Source: Saprospiraceae bacterium
GTDB taxonomy: Bacteria > Bacteroidota > Bacteroidia > Chitinophagales > Saprospiraceae
Assembly: GCA_020631375.1 (NCBI GenBank)
Contig: JAHDHJ010000003.1
Location: 1 to 46,844 of the forward strand
DNA length: 46,844 nt
Reading direction: 5' to 3'
Every line of letters starts with the position of its first letter. Within the stretch, counting starts at the first letter, position 1. The translations under genes and the position numbers were made by a program. Below the pieces are notes generated by a model. That model had not been told where the DNA came from. It did no database searches and saw nothing but the letters and a program-made list of their open reading frames with translations. Below are positions 1 through 9,108 of the stretch, in pieces.

Positions 1-25
1 ATACAGAGGTCATGTCCAATAGGAT

Positions 26-2344
26 ATGGCCTCTTTTTTTGTCCAGATGGTTATAATGGAAAAGAAAGCCTTATACATATTATCTAAATATTACAATATT
101 GTTCAGCCTAAAATAAAAAAACTGGATGGTTATGAGAGTATTAATTATTGTGTAAAAACTAAAGATGGTATAAAATATATATTAAAGTTACATTTAGGTC
201 ATGATGAGGATAAATCGGAGATAGAGGGAGAAAATCAAATGTTACATTTATTGAATGATAAATTGGATTATGATTTTTCTTGTCCAATTGAATCTAATAT
301 ACGAGAAACAGTCATAGAATTTGAAAGTCGGGCATTTGCTCGGCTTTTGTCGTTTGTAGAGGGAGAATTTCTAGGAGAAATCGATCATACGAATAAAGTA
401 TTGATATCTCTGGGAAGATTGTTAGCCAAAATAGATAGGGTATTATTAAATGAAAATAATTTTTCAATAAAGGGGAGGAGATTAAAATGGGATAATCAAT
501 ATGCTTTGGATAGCGAACCTTATTTAAATTATATTAAAAATCCATCAAAGAGGAAATTGCTTGAATATTATTTTTTGCAGTTTAAGGAGAAAGTAATTCC
601 AAAGATGCCTTATTTGAGAAAAAGTATTATCCATAATGATGCTAATGATTGGAATGTTCTTATCCAAGAAGGGGAAGTGAGTGGGATTATTGATTTGGGA
701 GATATGTGTTATACTCATTTAATAAATGAATTAGCAGTAGCATTGCCATATGTATTAATCGGAAAAGAGGAACCTTTAGAAAAAGCTTGTTTGCTTATTA
801 AATCTTATCATGAGATTTTGCCATTGGAAGCAAAAGAATTAGGAGTATTATATTATTTGATAGCAATTAGATTGTGTATCAGTGTTTGTAATTCGGCATA
901 TCATTCTAAACAAAATCCTGAAAACGAGGAATATATTACAATTAGTGAAAAAGGAGCTTGGGCTTTATTGGAAAAATGGATAGGAATTAATCCTAAAAAT
1001 GCTGAGAAAAAATTCAAACTTGCTTGCGGAATAAATATCGAGAAAGAGAATAATGTCCAAGATGATTTAAGAAAAAGACATTTATTTATGAGTAAATCAA
1101 TGTCTGTAAGTTATAATGTTCCAATTAAATTAGAAAGTGCTGCATTTCAATATATGTATCCGTCTTCTGGAAATACGATTTTGGATGCATATAATAATAT
1201 TCCAATAGTCGGACATTGTCACCCGAAAGTTGTGGCTGCCGGTCAAAGACAAATGGCAAAGTTGAATACGAACACAAGGTATATTTATGATATATTGAAT
1301 GAATATTCAGAAAAATTATTAAATACTTTTCCTAAAAAGCTGAATAAGGTATTCTTTGTTAATTCGGGGTCTGCTGCAAGTGATTTGGCAATTAGATTAG
1401 CTAATGTACATACGGGCAAAAATAAAATTGGGGTATTGGAACATGGGTACCATGGGAATACAATGATAGGGATAGATATAAGTTCCTATAAATTTGATGG
1501 CAAAGGCGGAGAGGGGAGAAAAGGAAATATTTTGAAATTAGCAATGCCGGATGTTTATAGAGGGAAATTTAATGGGGAGGAAAGAAATTCGGGGAAATCA
1601 TATGCCAAGGAAGCTATTGATTTATTAAAAAAATCAGAAGAAAAAATCTCTGCAATTATCGCAGAACCCATTATGGGATGTGGGGGACAAGTGGTATTGC
1701 CGAAAGGATATTTAAAAGAAGTTTTTAGGTATGTAGAAAATGAAAATGGTGTTTGTATTGTGGATGAAGTCCAAATAGGATTTGGTCGGGTAGGGACGCA
1801 TTTTTGGGGCTTTGAACAACATGGTATTGTTCCGGATATAGTAATATTGGGAAAACCGATGGGAAATGGACATCCTATAGGAGCAGTTGTCTGTACTGAT
1901 GAAATTGCAGAATCCTTTGAAAACGGAATGGAATTTTTTAGTTCTTTCGGAGGGAATCCGGTAAGCTGTACGATTGGTTTATCTGTTTTGGAAGTGTTGG
2001 AAGAAGAGGGTTTGCAACAAAATTCTCTGGAAGTGGGAAATTATATTATGGATGAATTAAGAGGTCTTCAAAATAAATATCCGATAATAGGAGATGTCCG
2101 TGGTTCTGGTTTGTTTTGGGGAATGGAAATGGTAGAAGATCCAAGAAATAAAATGCCTGCTACAAAAAAAGCAAATGATTTAAAAAATTATTTGCGGATG
2201 AATAATATTTTGGTAGGCACGGATGGTCCTTTTGATAATGTAATAAAAAGTAAACCACCGCTTTGTTTTAATATGGAAAATGCGGATCAGTTATTGGAAA
2301 GCACTCATGATTGGTTGAAAATAAATCGGGCTGGAAAAGGTTGA
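26..2344 (+). CDS. Fusion enzyme: N-terminal APH/choline-kinase-fold phosphotransferase (hydroxylysine-kinase-like) plus C-terminal class-III PLP enzyme of the AGXT2L phospho-lyase type
   Basis: 772-aa ORF. The first ~330 aa carry the kinase catalytic loop IIHNDANDWNVL and metal-binding IIDLGD. The C-terminal half has VNSGSAASDLA, VDEVQIGFGRVGTHFWGF and the PLP-lysine motif ILGKPMGNGHPIG, typical of class-III aminotransferase-fold phospho-lyases. The start could be the internal Met at nt 56 (MEKKAL). Confidence 0.8.
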   Translation: MASFFVQMVIMEKKALYILSKYYNIVQPKIKKLDGYESINYCVKTKDGIKYILKLHLGHDEDKSEIEGENQMLHLLNDKLDYDFSCPIESNIRETVIEFESRAFARLLSFVEGEFLGEIDHTNKVLISLGRLLAKIDRVLLNENNFSIKGRRLKWDNQYALDSEPYLNYIKNPSKRKLLEYYFLQFKEKVIPKMPYLRKSIIHNDANDWNVLIQEGEVSGIIDLGDMCYTHLINELAVALPYVLIGKEEPLEKACLLIKSYHEILPLEAKELGVLYYLIAIRLCISVCNSAYHSKQNPENEEYITISEKGAWALLEKWIGINPKNAEKKFKLACGINIEKENNVQDDLRKRHLFMSKSMSVSYNVPIKLESAAFQYMYPSSGNTILDAYNNIPIVGHCHPKVVAAGQRQMAKLNTNTRYIYDILNEYSEKLLNTFPKKLNKVFFVNSGSAASDLAIRLANVHTGKNKIGVLEHGYHGNTMIGIDISSYKFDGKGGEGRKGNILKLAMPDVYRGKFNGEERNSGKSYAKEAIDLLKKSEEKISAIIAEPIMGCGGQVVLPKGYLKEVFRYVENENGVCIVDEVQIGFGRVGTHFWGFEQHGIVPDIVILGKPMGNGHPIGAVVCTDEIAESFENGMEFFSSFGGNPVSCTIGLSVLEVLEEEGLQQNSLEVGNYIMDELRGLQNKYPIIGDVRGSGLFWGMEMVEDPRNKMPATKKANDLKNYLRMNNILVGTDGPFDNVIKSKPPLCFNMENADQLLESTHDWLKINRAGKG

Positions 2345-2426
2345 TAATGTTTGTGAAACCCAAGGGCTGACCGATTATTAAAGAACAAACCCTTGGCGGA
2401 TTGTAAATATAAAATTCCAACATAAC

Positions 2427-3770
2427 CTAAATCAAAGGCACATCAATAAAAATTCGCACATTACCATTTTCATCCTTGGAATTTTCCCTAAATTGTTGAT
2501 ATAATTCAGGTCGATCATAAATGGCAAAATAATTATAAGGGTCACTGATTAGACCCGATTTTATTTTAGAATAAGGATCTCCCGGGTAAGAATTATATAG
2601 AGCCATTTTGGTTCCATGTTCTTTTCTGTATTTATAGGCAATACCTTTATAAAGTGTTTTCACCGCACTAGGTTCTCCCACAATTAGCCAGCTGTATAAC
2701 ATTCTATTAGTCAGTTCAAGGCTAGCAATAAACTTGAGAAGAGCACCCTTTGGATTATCCAGCACGAAATCAAAAAAATCACCAAGGTTCAAGGTGACTG
2801 AAGCAGCAAGCATTTTTCCATCCTTATCAGCAATCATATAAGAACCGCTTGTTTTGGCATAAGCCATAACTCGTTTATAATAATAATGAAAATCATCAAA
2901 TGTAGGATATTGATTGAATAAATGATTCCCTTGCATCAGGATCATTTTCTCATATAGCTCCCGAAGCCTTTTATCATCATTTGTGATATCCACCAATTTT
3001 TTGGAACATCTTTTACTTCCAAACAAACGGGTGATTTTTGCATTGGAACTGGTGCTATGTATTTCCCAATCCTTATCAAAATGCTTGGCAAGTTTTATTA
3101 GTGCGGTATTTATTTTTTCATTTTCCTTACCCATTGCACAATAGGCGAAATGTGTATCATTCCTGTCCCCTATATCCAGTAGTACGGCAAAAATAGTAGA
3201 AAATATCCCCGAACGGCGATAGACTTTTTTGCCATTCTGTACTTCCTCACTCACACGAAGCACATTATAATAATATGCATCATGTCTTTCTTCGCTGCCC
3301 GCCTTTGGAGCGAACTGGAAATTATTCGCATGGATATATCCGATTAATTTGTATTTTTTCTTCCCTTGCTTGTTCGCTTCGTTCATGGAAGTGTCCAAGG
3401 CAATTACCACAGTTGCCTTATCATTTATGGCTTCCAATGAAGCGGGTACATCGTGGAAATATACTTGAAAATTTAATTTCCCGTCCTTGCCTTTTTCATT
3501 CTGGTGCTTTTCTGGTACAGAAATGACATCCCTACATTGTTTGTAGAACTGTTCCATATCTGTCTCCAGATCGAACAATTCAAAAAGTTTATCTACATGG
3601 TGTATATACTTTATAGGAAATGCAAAGAATTCCATATCACCTTCAAAAACATCTAGTTGGTCCACTTCGATGGTTTTATAGTGCAATGTCCCCAAAGCAT
3701 CTATATTGATGGATAATTCTGCATGGTGTTTATTTTCCTCAAAAAAATAACGGTAGTGACGTTTTTTCAT
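2427..3770 (-). CDS. Hypothetical cytoplasmic protein, possibly a tandem GNAT/acyl-CoA N-acyltransferase-like fold
   Basis: 447-aa uninterrupted ORF with no signal peptide or TM segment. YRRSGIFSTIFAVLL resembles GNAT motif A (R-x-x-G-x-G/A-like). No confident family recognised. Confidence 0.6.
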   Translation of the reverse strand: MKKRHYRYFFEENKHHAELSINIDALGTLHYKTIEVDQLDVFEGDMEFFAFPIKYIHHVDKLFELFDLETDMEQFYKQCRDVISVPEKHQNEKGKDGKLNFQVYFHDVPASLEAINDKATVVIALDTSMNEANKQGKKKYKLIGYIHANNFQFAPKAGSEERHDAYYYNVLRVSEEVQNGKKVYRRSGIFSTIFAVLLDIGDRNDTHFAYCAMGKENEKINTALIKLAKHFDKDWEIHSTSSNAKITRLFGSKRCSKKLVDITNDDKRLRELYEKMILMQGNHLFNQYPTFDDFHYYYKRVMAYAKTSGSYMIADKDGKMLAASVTLNLGDFFDFVLDNPKGALLKFIASLELTNRMLYSWLIVGEPSAVKTLYKGIAYKYRKEHGTKMALYNSYPGDPYSKIKSGLISDPYNYFAIYDRPELYQQFRENSKDENGNVRIFIDVPLI

Positions 3771-3872
3771 CTGTTTTATTTTAAACAGTCATTCCTAATG
3801 GGGTATAGTAAAGGATAAATGTGCGAAATAATTGATTAATAACCCAAATTGCGCATAAAAGAGTAAACAAAA

Positions 3873-3906
3873 ATAGTTCTTCTTTCATTTAAGAAAGAAG
3901 AACTAT
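3873..3906 (-). terminator. Intrinsic terminator of rpsU
   Basis: 14-bp perfect stem (3873-3886 / 3893-3906) with loop ATTTAA. On the minus strand it is followed by TTTTGTTT. It lies 35 nt past the rpsU stop. Confidence 0.75.
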
Positions 3907-3940
3907 GGTTAAAGTAATACAATAGTAAAGGGAGTAGGAC

Positions 3941-4126
3941 TTATTCTCCGTACTTCTCGTTGATGTATTTAGCTTTAAGGATTTCACCTCTTCTTTCTAC
4001 AGAAGGCTTAGTGAAATATTGTCTCTTACGCAAAACTCGCATCAATTTAATTTTTCTGTGCTTGTTCTTGTAACGCTTTAATGCTCTGTCGATGTTCTCG
4101 TTGTCCTTAATCTCGATGATTAACAT
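3941..4126 (-). CDS. rpsU: 30S ribosomal protein bS21
   Basis: 61-aa very basic protein. IDRALKRYKNKHRKIKLMRVLRKRQYFTKPSVERR fits the bS21 family pattern and length. Confidence 0.93.
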   Translation of the reverse strand: MLIIEIKDNENIDRALKRYKNKHRKIKLMRVLRKRQYFTKPSVERRGEILKAKYINEKYGE

Positions 4127-4161
4127 ATATCAATTAATTTAAGATTCTAATCAAATTATGG

Positions 4162-4256
4162 TTTGGTAATGCAGAATCCATTACCAAAAATGGAATATTC
4201 TAATGATATTCCAAATAAAGTGGTGCAAAACTACGTATTTTCTTCTGAATGAGCAA
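4162..4256 (-). promoter_or_regulatory. Candidate rpsU promoter (Bacteroidota -33/-7) plus structured ~90-nt 5' leader with two hairpins
   Basis: Plus-strand CAAAACTA at 4226-4233 is TAGTTTTG (TAnnTTTG) on the minus strand. CAA at 4254-4256 gives a TTG with a 20-nt spacer. Downstream lie a 10-bp hairpin (4162-4171 / 4179-4188) and an 8-bp hairpin (4191-4198 / 4206-4213), before the ATG at 4126. Confidence 0.4.
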
Positions 4257-4313
4257 GAGCGAACCAAAGAAAAATTAGAAGATTGTAAAGATTTATTTTC
4301 TCCCATTCTCTAT

Positions 4314-4343
4314 TTGGCAAAACCTGTTTTTAAAGTATCTTTG
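4314..4343 (+). promoter_or_regulatory. Candidate ettA promoter
   Basis: TTG at 4314-4316, a 19-nt spacer, then TATCTTTG at 4336-4343 (TAnnTTTG), ~70 nt upstream of the ettA ATG. Confidence 0.4.
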
Positions 4344-4415
4344 GGACATTGGGATAATCAAACTGAAATTTGCATTTTAAGCAAGTGAATTAATCAAGTC
4401 AAAAACGAAGAATAA

Positions 4416-6086
4416 ATGGCAGATAACAAAGTCATATTTGCAATGGAGGGTGTAAGCAAAACTTTTCCTCCGAGCAAGCAAGTGCTAAAGAATATTTGGC
4501 TTTCATTTTATTATGGAGCCAAAATCGGAGTATTGGGTCTTAACGGGTCGGGTAAATCTTCCTTATTGAAAATCATTGCCGGACTGGATGAGAACTACCA
4601 AGGGAAAATCACCTTTGACAAGGAGTATAAAATCGGTTATCTGGCACAGGAACCCGTATTGGACGAAAATAAGACCGTAAAGGAAATCGTACAAGAAGGC
4701 GTCCAACACATCGTGGATGTAGCTAATGCCTACGAAGCCGTCTGTGCCAAAATGGGCGAACCGGTGAGCGATGATGAAATGAATAAGCTGATAGAAGAAC
4801 AAGGAGAACTTCTTGATCAGATGGACCATTTGAATGCTTGGGATTTGGATCACACTTTGGATATGGCAATGGATGCACTTAGGTGTCCACCCAATGATGC
4901 GAGTGTGAAAGTGCTTTCAGGAGGTGAGCGAAGAAGGGTCGCATTGTGTAGGTTGTTGTTGAGTAAACCGGATATTTTACTTTTGGATGAACCTACCAAC
5001 CACTTGGATGCGGAAAGTGTGCATTGGTTGGAACAGTTTCTGAAATCGTTTCCGGGGACAGTTATTGCAGTGACACACGATAGGTACTTTTTGGATAATG
5101 TGGCAGGTTGGATCTTGGAATTGGATAGGGGAGAAGGGATTCCCTGGGAGGGGAATTATAGCTCTTGGTTGGATCAGAAATCTAATCGTTTGGCAAATGA
5201 GGAAAAACAAGAATCTAAGCGGCAAAAAATACTAAAACGGGAACTGGAATGGTCGAGAATGGGGCAGAAAGGCAGACAGGCGAAAGGTAAGGCGAGATTG
5301 AACGCTTATACAGAATTGAGTGGGCAGGAAATAAAGGAACGGGAAGCGAATTTGGAATTGTTTATTCCTCCCGGACCTCGGTTGGGTGATTCTGTAATCG
5401 AATTAAAAAACTTGACGAAGTCATACGATAATCGGGTATTGATAGATAATCTGGATTTGGAAATCCCTAAGAATGCCGTGGTTGGAATTATTGGAGCGAA
5501 TGGTATGGGTAAATCTACCTTATTCAGAATGCTTATGGGAGAAGAACAACCGGATAGCGGAACAGTCAGTATAGGTAGCACTGTGAAATTGGCTTATGTG
5601 GATCAAAGCCATAAGGATTTGATTCCTGAGAAAACAATTTATGAAGTCATTAGCCAAGGTTCCGATTTTATTACTGTTGGGAATAGGGAAGTCAATGCAA
5701 GGGCATATCTGAGTAAATTTAATTTTGCAGGTGGAGATCAGCAAAAAAAGGTGGGCGTGCTTTCCGGAGGGGAAAGGAACCGTTTGCATTTGGCGATTAC
5801 GTTAAAGGAAGGCGGAAATGTAATCCTACTGGATGAGCCTACGAATGATATTGATGTGAATACGCTTAGGGCATTGGAGGAAGCGATAGAGAATTTCTCA
5901 GGTTGTGTTTTATTGATTTCTCACGATAGGTGGTTCATAGATAGATTGGCGACTCATATTCTTTCTTATGAAGATGAAGGAAAAGTCGTTTTTTATGAGG
6001 GGAATTTCAGTTCTTATGAAGCCGCTAAAAAAGAACGATTGGGAGACATCACTCCGAAACGCCCTAGGTTTAAGAATCTTTTATAA
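4416..6086 (+). CDS. ettA: Energy-dependent translational throttle protein EttA (ABC-F ATPase)
   Basis: 556 aa with two ABC cassettes. Walker A GLNGSGKSS / GANGMGKST, signatures LSGGERRRV / LSGGERNRL, Walker B LLLDEPTNHLD / ILLDEPTNDID. No TM domain. Length and N-terminus are typical of EttA/YjjK. Confidence 0.9.
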   Translation: MADNKVIFAMEGVSKTFPPSKQVLKNIWLSFYYGAKIGVLGLNGSGKSSLLKIIAGLDENYQGKITFDKEYKIGYLAQEPVLDENKTVKEIVQEGVQHIVDVANAYEAVCAKMGEPVSDDEMNKLIEEQGELLDQMDHLNAWDLDHTLDMAMDALRCPPNDASVKVLSGGERRRVALCRLLLSKPDILLLDEPTNHLDAESVHWLEQFLKSFPGTVIAVTHDRYFLDNVAGWILELDRGEGIPWEGNYSSWLDQKSNRLANEEKQESKRQKILKRELEWSRMGQKGRQAKGKARLNAYTELSGQEIKEREANLELFIPPGPRLGDSVIELKNLTKSYDNRVLIDNLDLEIPKNAVVGIIGANGMGKSTLFRMLMGEEQPDSGTVSIGSTVKLAYVDQSHKDLIPEKTIYEVISQGSDFITVGNREVNARAYLSKFNFAGGDQQKKVGVLSGGERNRLHLAITLKEGGNVILLDEPTNDIDVNTLRALEEAIENFSGCVLLISHDRWFIDRLATHILSYEDEGKVVFYEGNFSSYEAAKKERLGDITPKRPRFKNLL

Positions 6087-6089
6087 AAA

Positions 6090-6145
6090 AAACTTCTTAT
6101 TTATTGTCATTGCGATTTATAGCAATGGCAATAAATAAGAAGTTT
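6090..6145. terminator. Hairpin terminator between convergent ettA and the vWA gene
   Basis: 17-bp perfect stem (6090-6106 / 6129-6145), extending to ~24 bp with one G-U pair. A T-run follows it on the minus strand. Confidence 0.7.
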
Positions 6146-6171
6146 AAATAACAAATAACATTCACCTTACT

Positions 6172-8055
6172 CTATCTTTTTGCATTTAGAGTGCCACCTT
6201 TATCTATTTCCTTACTCAGCCTGACGAGTTCTAAAAATTCTTTTCTATAAGCATTTTTATCATTCCCCATTCCTTCTTTGGCCAATTGACTGACTAATTT
6301 AATGGAGCTGTTTCCCTTGAATTCAGAATCCTTTAGCATCATGCCCCAGGAACTTACTGCACAAAGGAATTTAAAATCATCGGACATTTTTTCTTGTTCG
6401 ATTTTTTCTTTTCCAATACTTTGTTCAATTAATTGGCTCTTTTTTCCCTTTGGTTTTTTATACCTCAATCTTATGGTAGCGAAATCGCTTTCGTTTAATA
6501 ATTTAGTTTTCGGAGTTTTGAAATCCTTTCTTTTTACTTTTGGAGAAATTTTATCATTAGTCCCAAAAGGAATAATTTCATATAAAGCAGTAACCGTATG
6601 CCCTGCACCTAATTCTCCTGCATCTTTGGTGTCGTCTTCAAAATCTTCATTATTTAATAACCTATTTTCATAGCCAATCAACCTATAGGATTCTATAAGA
6701 TCCTTATTGAATTGGATTTGTATTTTTACATCTTTCGCAATCGTAAACATGGTGCTTGCAACTTCATCCACCAACATTTTTTTGGCTTCTTTTATATCAT
6801 CAATATAACCATAATTTCCGTTTCCTTTATCTGCTAAAGTCTCCAAACGATTATCTTTATAATTCCCCATTCCAAAACCTAAAACCGTTAGGAAAATATC
6901 ATCTTTTCTTTTTTCTGCTATCAATTCCTCCAAGCCGCCAACACTATTTACACCGACATTAAAATCACCATCCGTACAAAGGATTACTCTATTATTTCCA
7001 TTGGGAATAAAATTTTCCTTTGCTTGTTTATATGCCAATGCAATTCCTGCTCCGCCAGCTGTAGAACCTCCCGCTCGCAAATTATGAAGTGCTTCTTTTA
7101 TTTTTTGTTTGTCCAACCCCGAAGTAGGAGGCAAAACCAATCCTGCCGCACCTGCATAAACAACAATGCTGATTCGGTCTTCATCCCGCATTCCGTTAAT
7201 CATCATATTTAGTGATTCTTTTACCAAAGGCAATTTATTCCAATCAGCCATAGAACCCGAAACATCCAAAAGGAAAACAAGATTGTTTAATGGTGCTTGT
7301 TCCAATTCCATTTTATATCCTTGCAAACCGATTCTCAATAATTGGTGTTTTTTATTCCAAGGGCAATCCGCTAATTCCGTCGTAATGCTAAAAGGATGTT
7401 CCCCATTGGGAATAGGATAATCATAATTAAAATAATTAATCATTTCTTCTATTCTGACAGCATCTTTATTGGGCAATGTTTCCATTTTCTGAATATGCCT
7501 GCGAATATTAGAATAAGAAGCATTATCCACATCTATGGAAAAAGTAGAAACCGCTTCTGCTTTCGGGGAAATGTATTGATTCGATGGAGTATGTGCATAT
7601 TCTTCGTGCGAGGGAATTTCTTGATAATGGTTTTTATTTTTTCTTCCTCTATTTTTCCTTATACTTCTTAAATTACTTCCACTGACAGTTGTTGTTGTAT
7701 ATCCCATTGTTTTTTCTGCTCGTTCTATGCCATAAGCTGTTACGACAACTTCAGATAATACATTACTTAGGATAAGTATTACTTCTACATAATTAATACC
7801 AACAATAGAAACCGTTTTGTCCTCAAAACCCGTATAGGAAATAATTAATGCCTCGGCATCGTCAGGAACTTCAAGGCTGAATGTTCCGTCGAATTCAGAT
7901 ACGGTTCCGAATTTTTCATTTCCTTCGACGACTACGTTGGCTCCGATAGCTTCACCTTCGCCATCAAGAAAAATTGTTCCTGTAATTGTTCTTTGGGAGA
8001 ATAATTGCATGCAAATAAATAGGGATAGGAAAATGCTTAATAGTGGTTGTTTCAT
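6172..8055 (-). CDS. Secreted von Willebrand factor type A protein (YfbK-like) with N-terminal CarboxypepD_reg-like domain
   Basis: Signal peptide MKQPLLSIFLSLFICMQLFSQ. Carboxypeptidase-regulatory-like GTIFLDGEGEAIGANVVVEG...GTFSLEV. vWA MIDAS motif VFLLDVSGSM. Long YfbK-type C-terminal region. Confidence 0.82.
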   Translation of the reverse strand: MKQPLLSIFLSLFICMQLFSQRTITGTIFLDGEGEAIGANVVVEGNEKFGTVSEFDGTFSLEVPDDAEALIISYTGFEDKTVSIVGINYVEVILILSNVLSEVVVTAYGIERAEKTMGYTTTTVSGSNLRSIRKNRGRKNKNHYQEIPSHEEYAHTPSNQYISPKAEAVSTFSIDVDNASYSNIRRHIQKMETLPNKDAVRIEEMINYFNYDYPIPNGEHPFSITTELADCPWNKKHQLLRIGLQGYKMELEQAPLNNLVFLLDVSGSMADWNKLPLVKESLNMMINGMRDEDRISIVVYAGAAGLVLPPTSGLDKQKIKEALHNLRAGGSTAGGAGIALAYKQAKENFIPNGNNRVILCTDGDFNVGVNSVGGLEELIAEKRKDDIFLTVLGFGMGNYKDNRLETLADKGNGNYGYIDDIKEAKKMLVDEVASTMFTIAKDVKIQIQFNKDLIESYRLIGYENRLLNNEDFEDDTKDAGELGAGHTVTALYEIIPFGTNDKISPKVKRKDFKTPKTKLLNESDFATIRLRYKKPKGKKSQLIEQSIGKEKIEQEKMSDDFKFLCAVSSWGMMLKDSEFKGNSSIKLVSQLAKEGMGNDKNAYRKEFLELVRLSKEIDKGGTLNAKR

Positions 8056-8372
8056 AATTCTTTAATTTCTGTAGTGAATAGAAAATTTTGAGATAGGAAT
8101 TATTGGGTATTAGACGTATTCTACATTTAGAATAGATTCTAAATGGAATATGCTGCATGAATCTTAAAAGGAATGCAAAAAATAGAAGCCTAAATTAGGA
8201 ATGATAAATTAATAAATTGTTTTTAGGGGCGGTGATTTTTATTTTAGCCAAGGCGAAGGTTCATGACTTTAGCCATAGCTAAAGGAGTGGTTCTTCAACG
8301 AAGTACAGGCTAAAAAGATGCTGAAAGAACACGACATGATTAACTTGAATAACTACTAAGAATGTAAGTGTA

Positions 8373-8963
8373 TTAAGCCCTTTTACAAGGAATAATTTTC
8401 GAACAATTATCTATGAGGATATTACCTCGTGCAGCACCATTACCGGGTACGAAAGCTTCAATAATTATATAATTGTATTCGGATTCGGAAAAGAAAGAGA
8501 AAGAATAAGTTTTCCATTCGGAATGTTCTATTAAAAGGTTGGATTCATAAAGTTTTTGAGATGAAGAATCCGAGGCGGAACATCGGGAAAGTGTAGCCCA
8601 AATCCGTAATTGTAAAGGTTGGTTATAACCTGCATAAGTGTTGGAATGGGCTAAATCCAGACTCCAGGAATAGCATTCTCCTTTTTTTAATGGAGTGGTT
8701 AACCTTTGCCCAATACTTTCATATGTTCCATCCGCTCGGGTAATTAATCCCAAGAATGTATCCCCGTCTGAAGCTTCTTGGTAAACTCCCCAAGGACCGG
8801 GCAAAATGTCCGGTGTCGTACCCGCTTCACAAGGCATCCAACCTGTTGGGACTGTGGCATCTTGAGGTTCTCCCTCAAATGAGGGATTTTCCAATCTTAT
8901 GTCTTGGGAAGAAAGGATAATTGGAGAAAAGGCTAAGGAAATAAATAAATAAAATACTCTCAC
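8373..8963 (-). CDS. Hypothetical secreted protein (beta-sandwich/CBM-like, tentative)
   Basis: 196 aa with signal peptide MRVFYLFISLAFSPIILSSQ. LENPSFEGEP is reminiscent of jelly-roll binding modules. Confidence 0.6.
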   Translation of the reverse strand: MRVFYLFISLAFSPIILSSQDIRLENPSFEGEPQDATVPTGWMPCEAGTTPDILPGPWGVYQEASDGDTFLGLITRADGTYESIGQRLTTPLKKGECYSWSLDLAHSNTYAGYNQPLQLRIWATLSRCSASDSSSQKLYESNLLIEHSEWKTYSFSFFSESEYNYIIIEAFVPGNGAARGNILIDNCSKIIPCKRA

Positions 8964-9108
8964 AACTTAATATTAAAGTAGTTTCAAGCTTTCAAGGTAC
9001 GAAATTTATTATACAATTATTTGGGAATTCGCTTAAAATTCACTTTTGTCATTTAAGATTTACTAATTATAAAAGAATTAGAGATTGTAAAATTGTATTT
9101 TTGCAAAT

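Noticed and set aside
4203-4388. 61-aa plus-strand ORF between rpsU and ettA
   Set aside because: It overlaps the predicted rpsU promoter and leader and the ettA promoter. The composition is low-complexity and there is no homology signal.
4563-5789. Four minus-strand ORFs of 82-96 aa inside ettA
   Set aside because: They lie entirely within, and antisense to, a gene with unmistakable ABC-F motifs, and have no features of their own.
8226-8320. tRNA-like start (GGGGCGGTGA...) and GGTTCATGA resembling a T-loop
   Set aside because: No cloverleaf can be drawn: there is no acceptor-stem complement, no T-stem pairing and no GTTCGAATC consensus.
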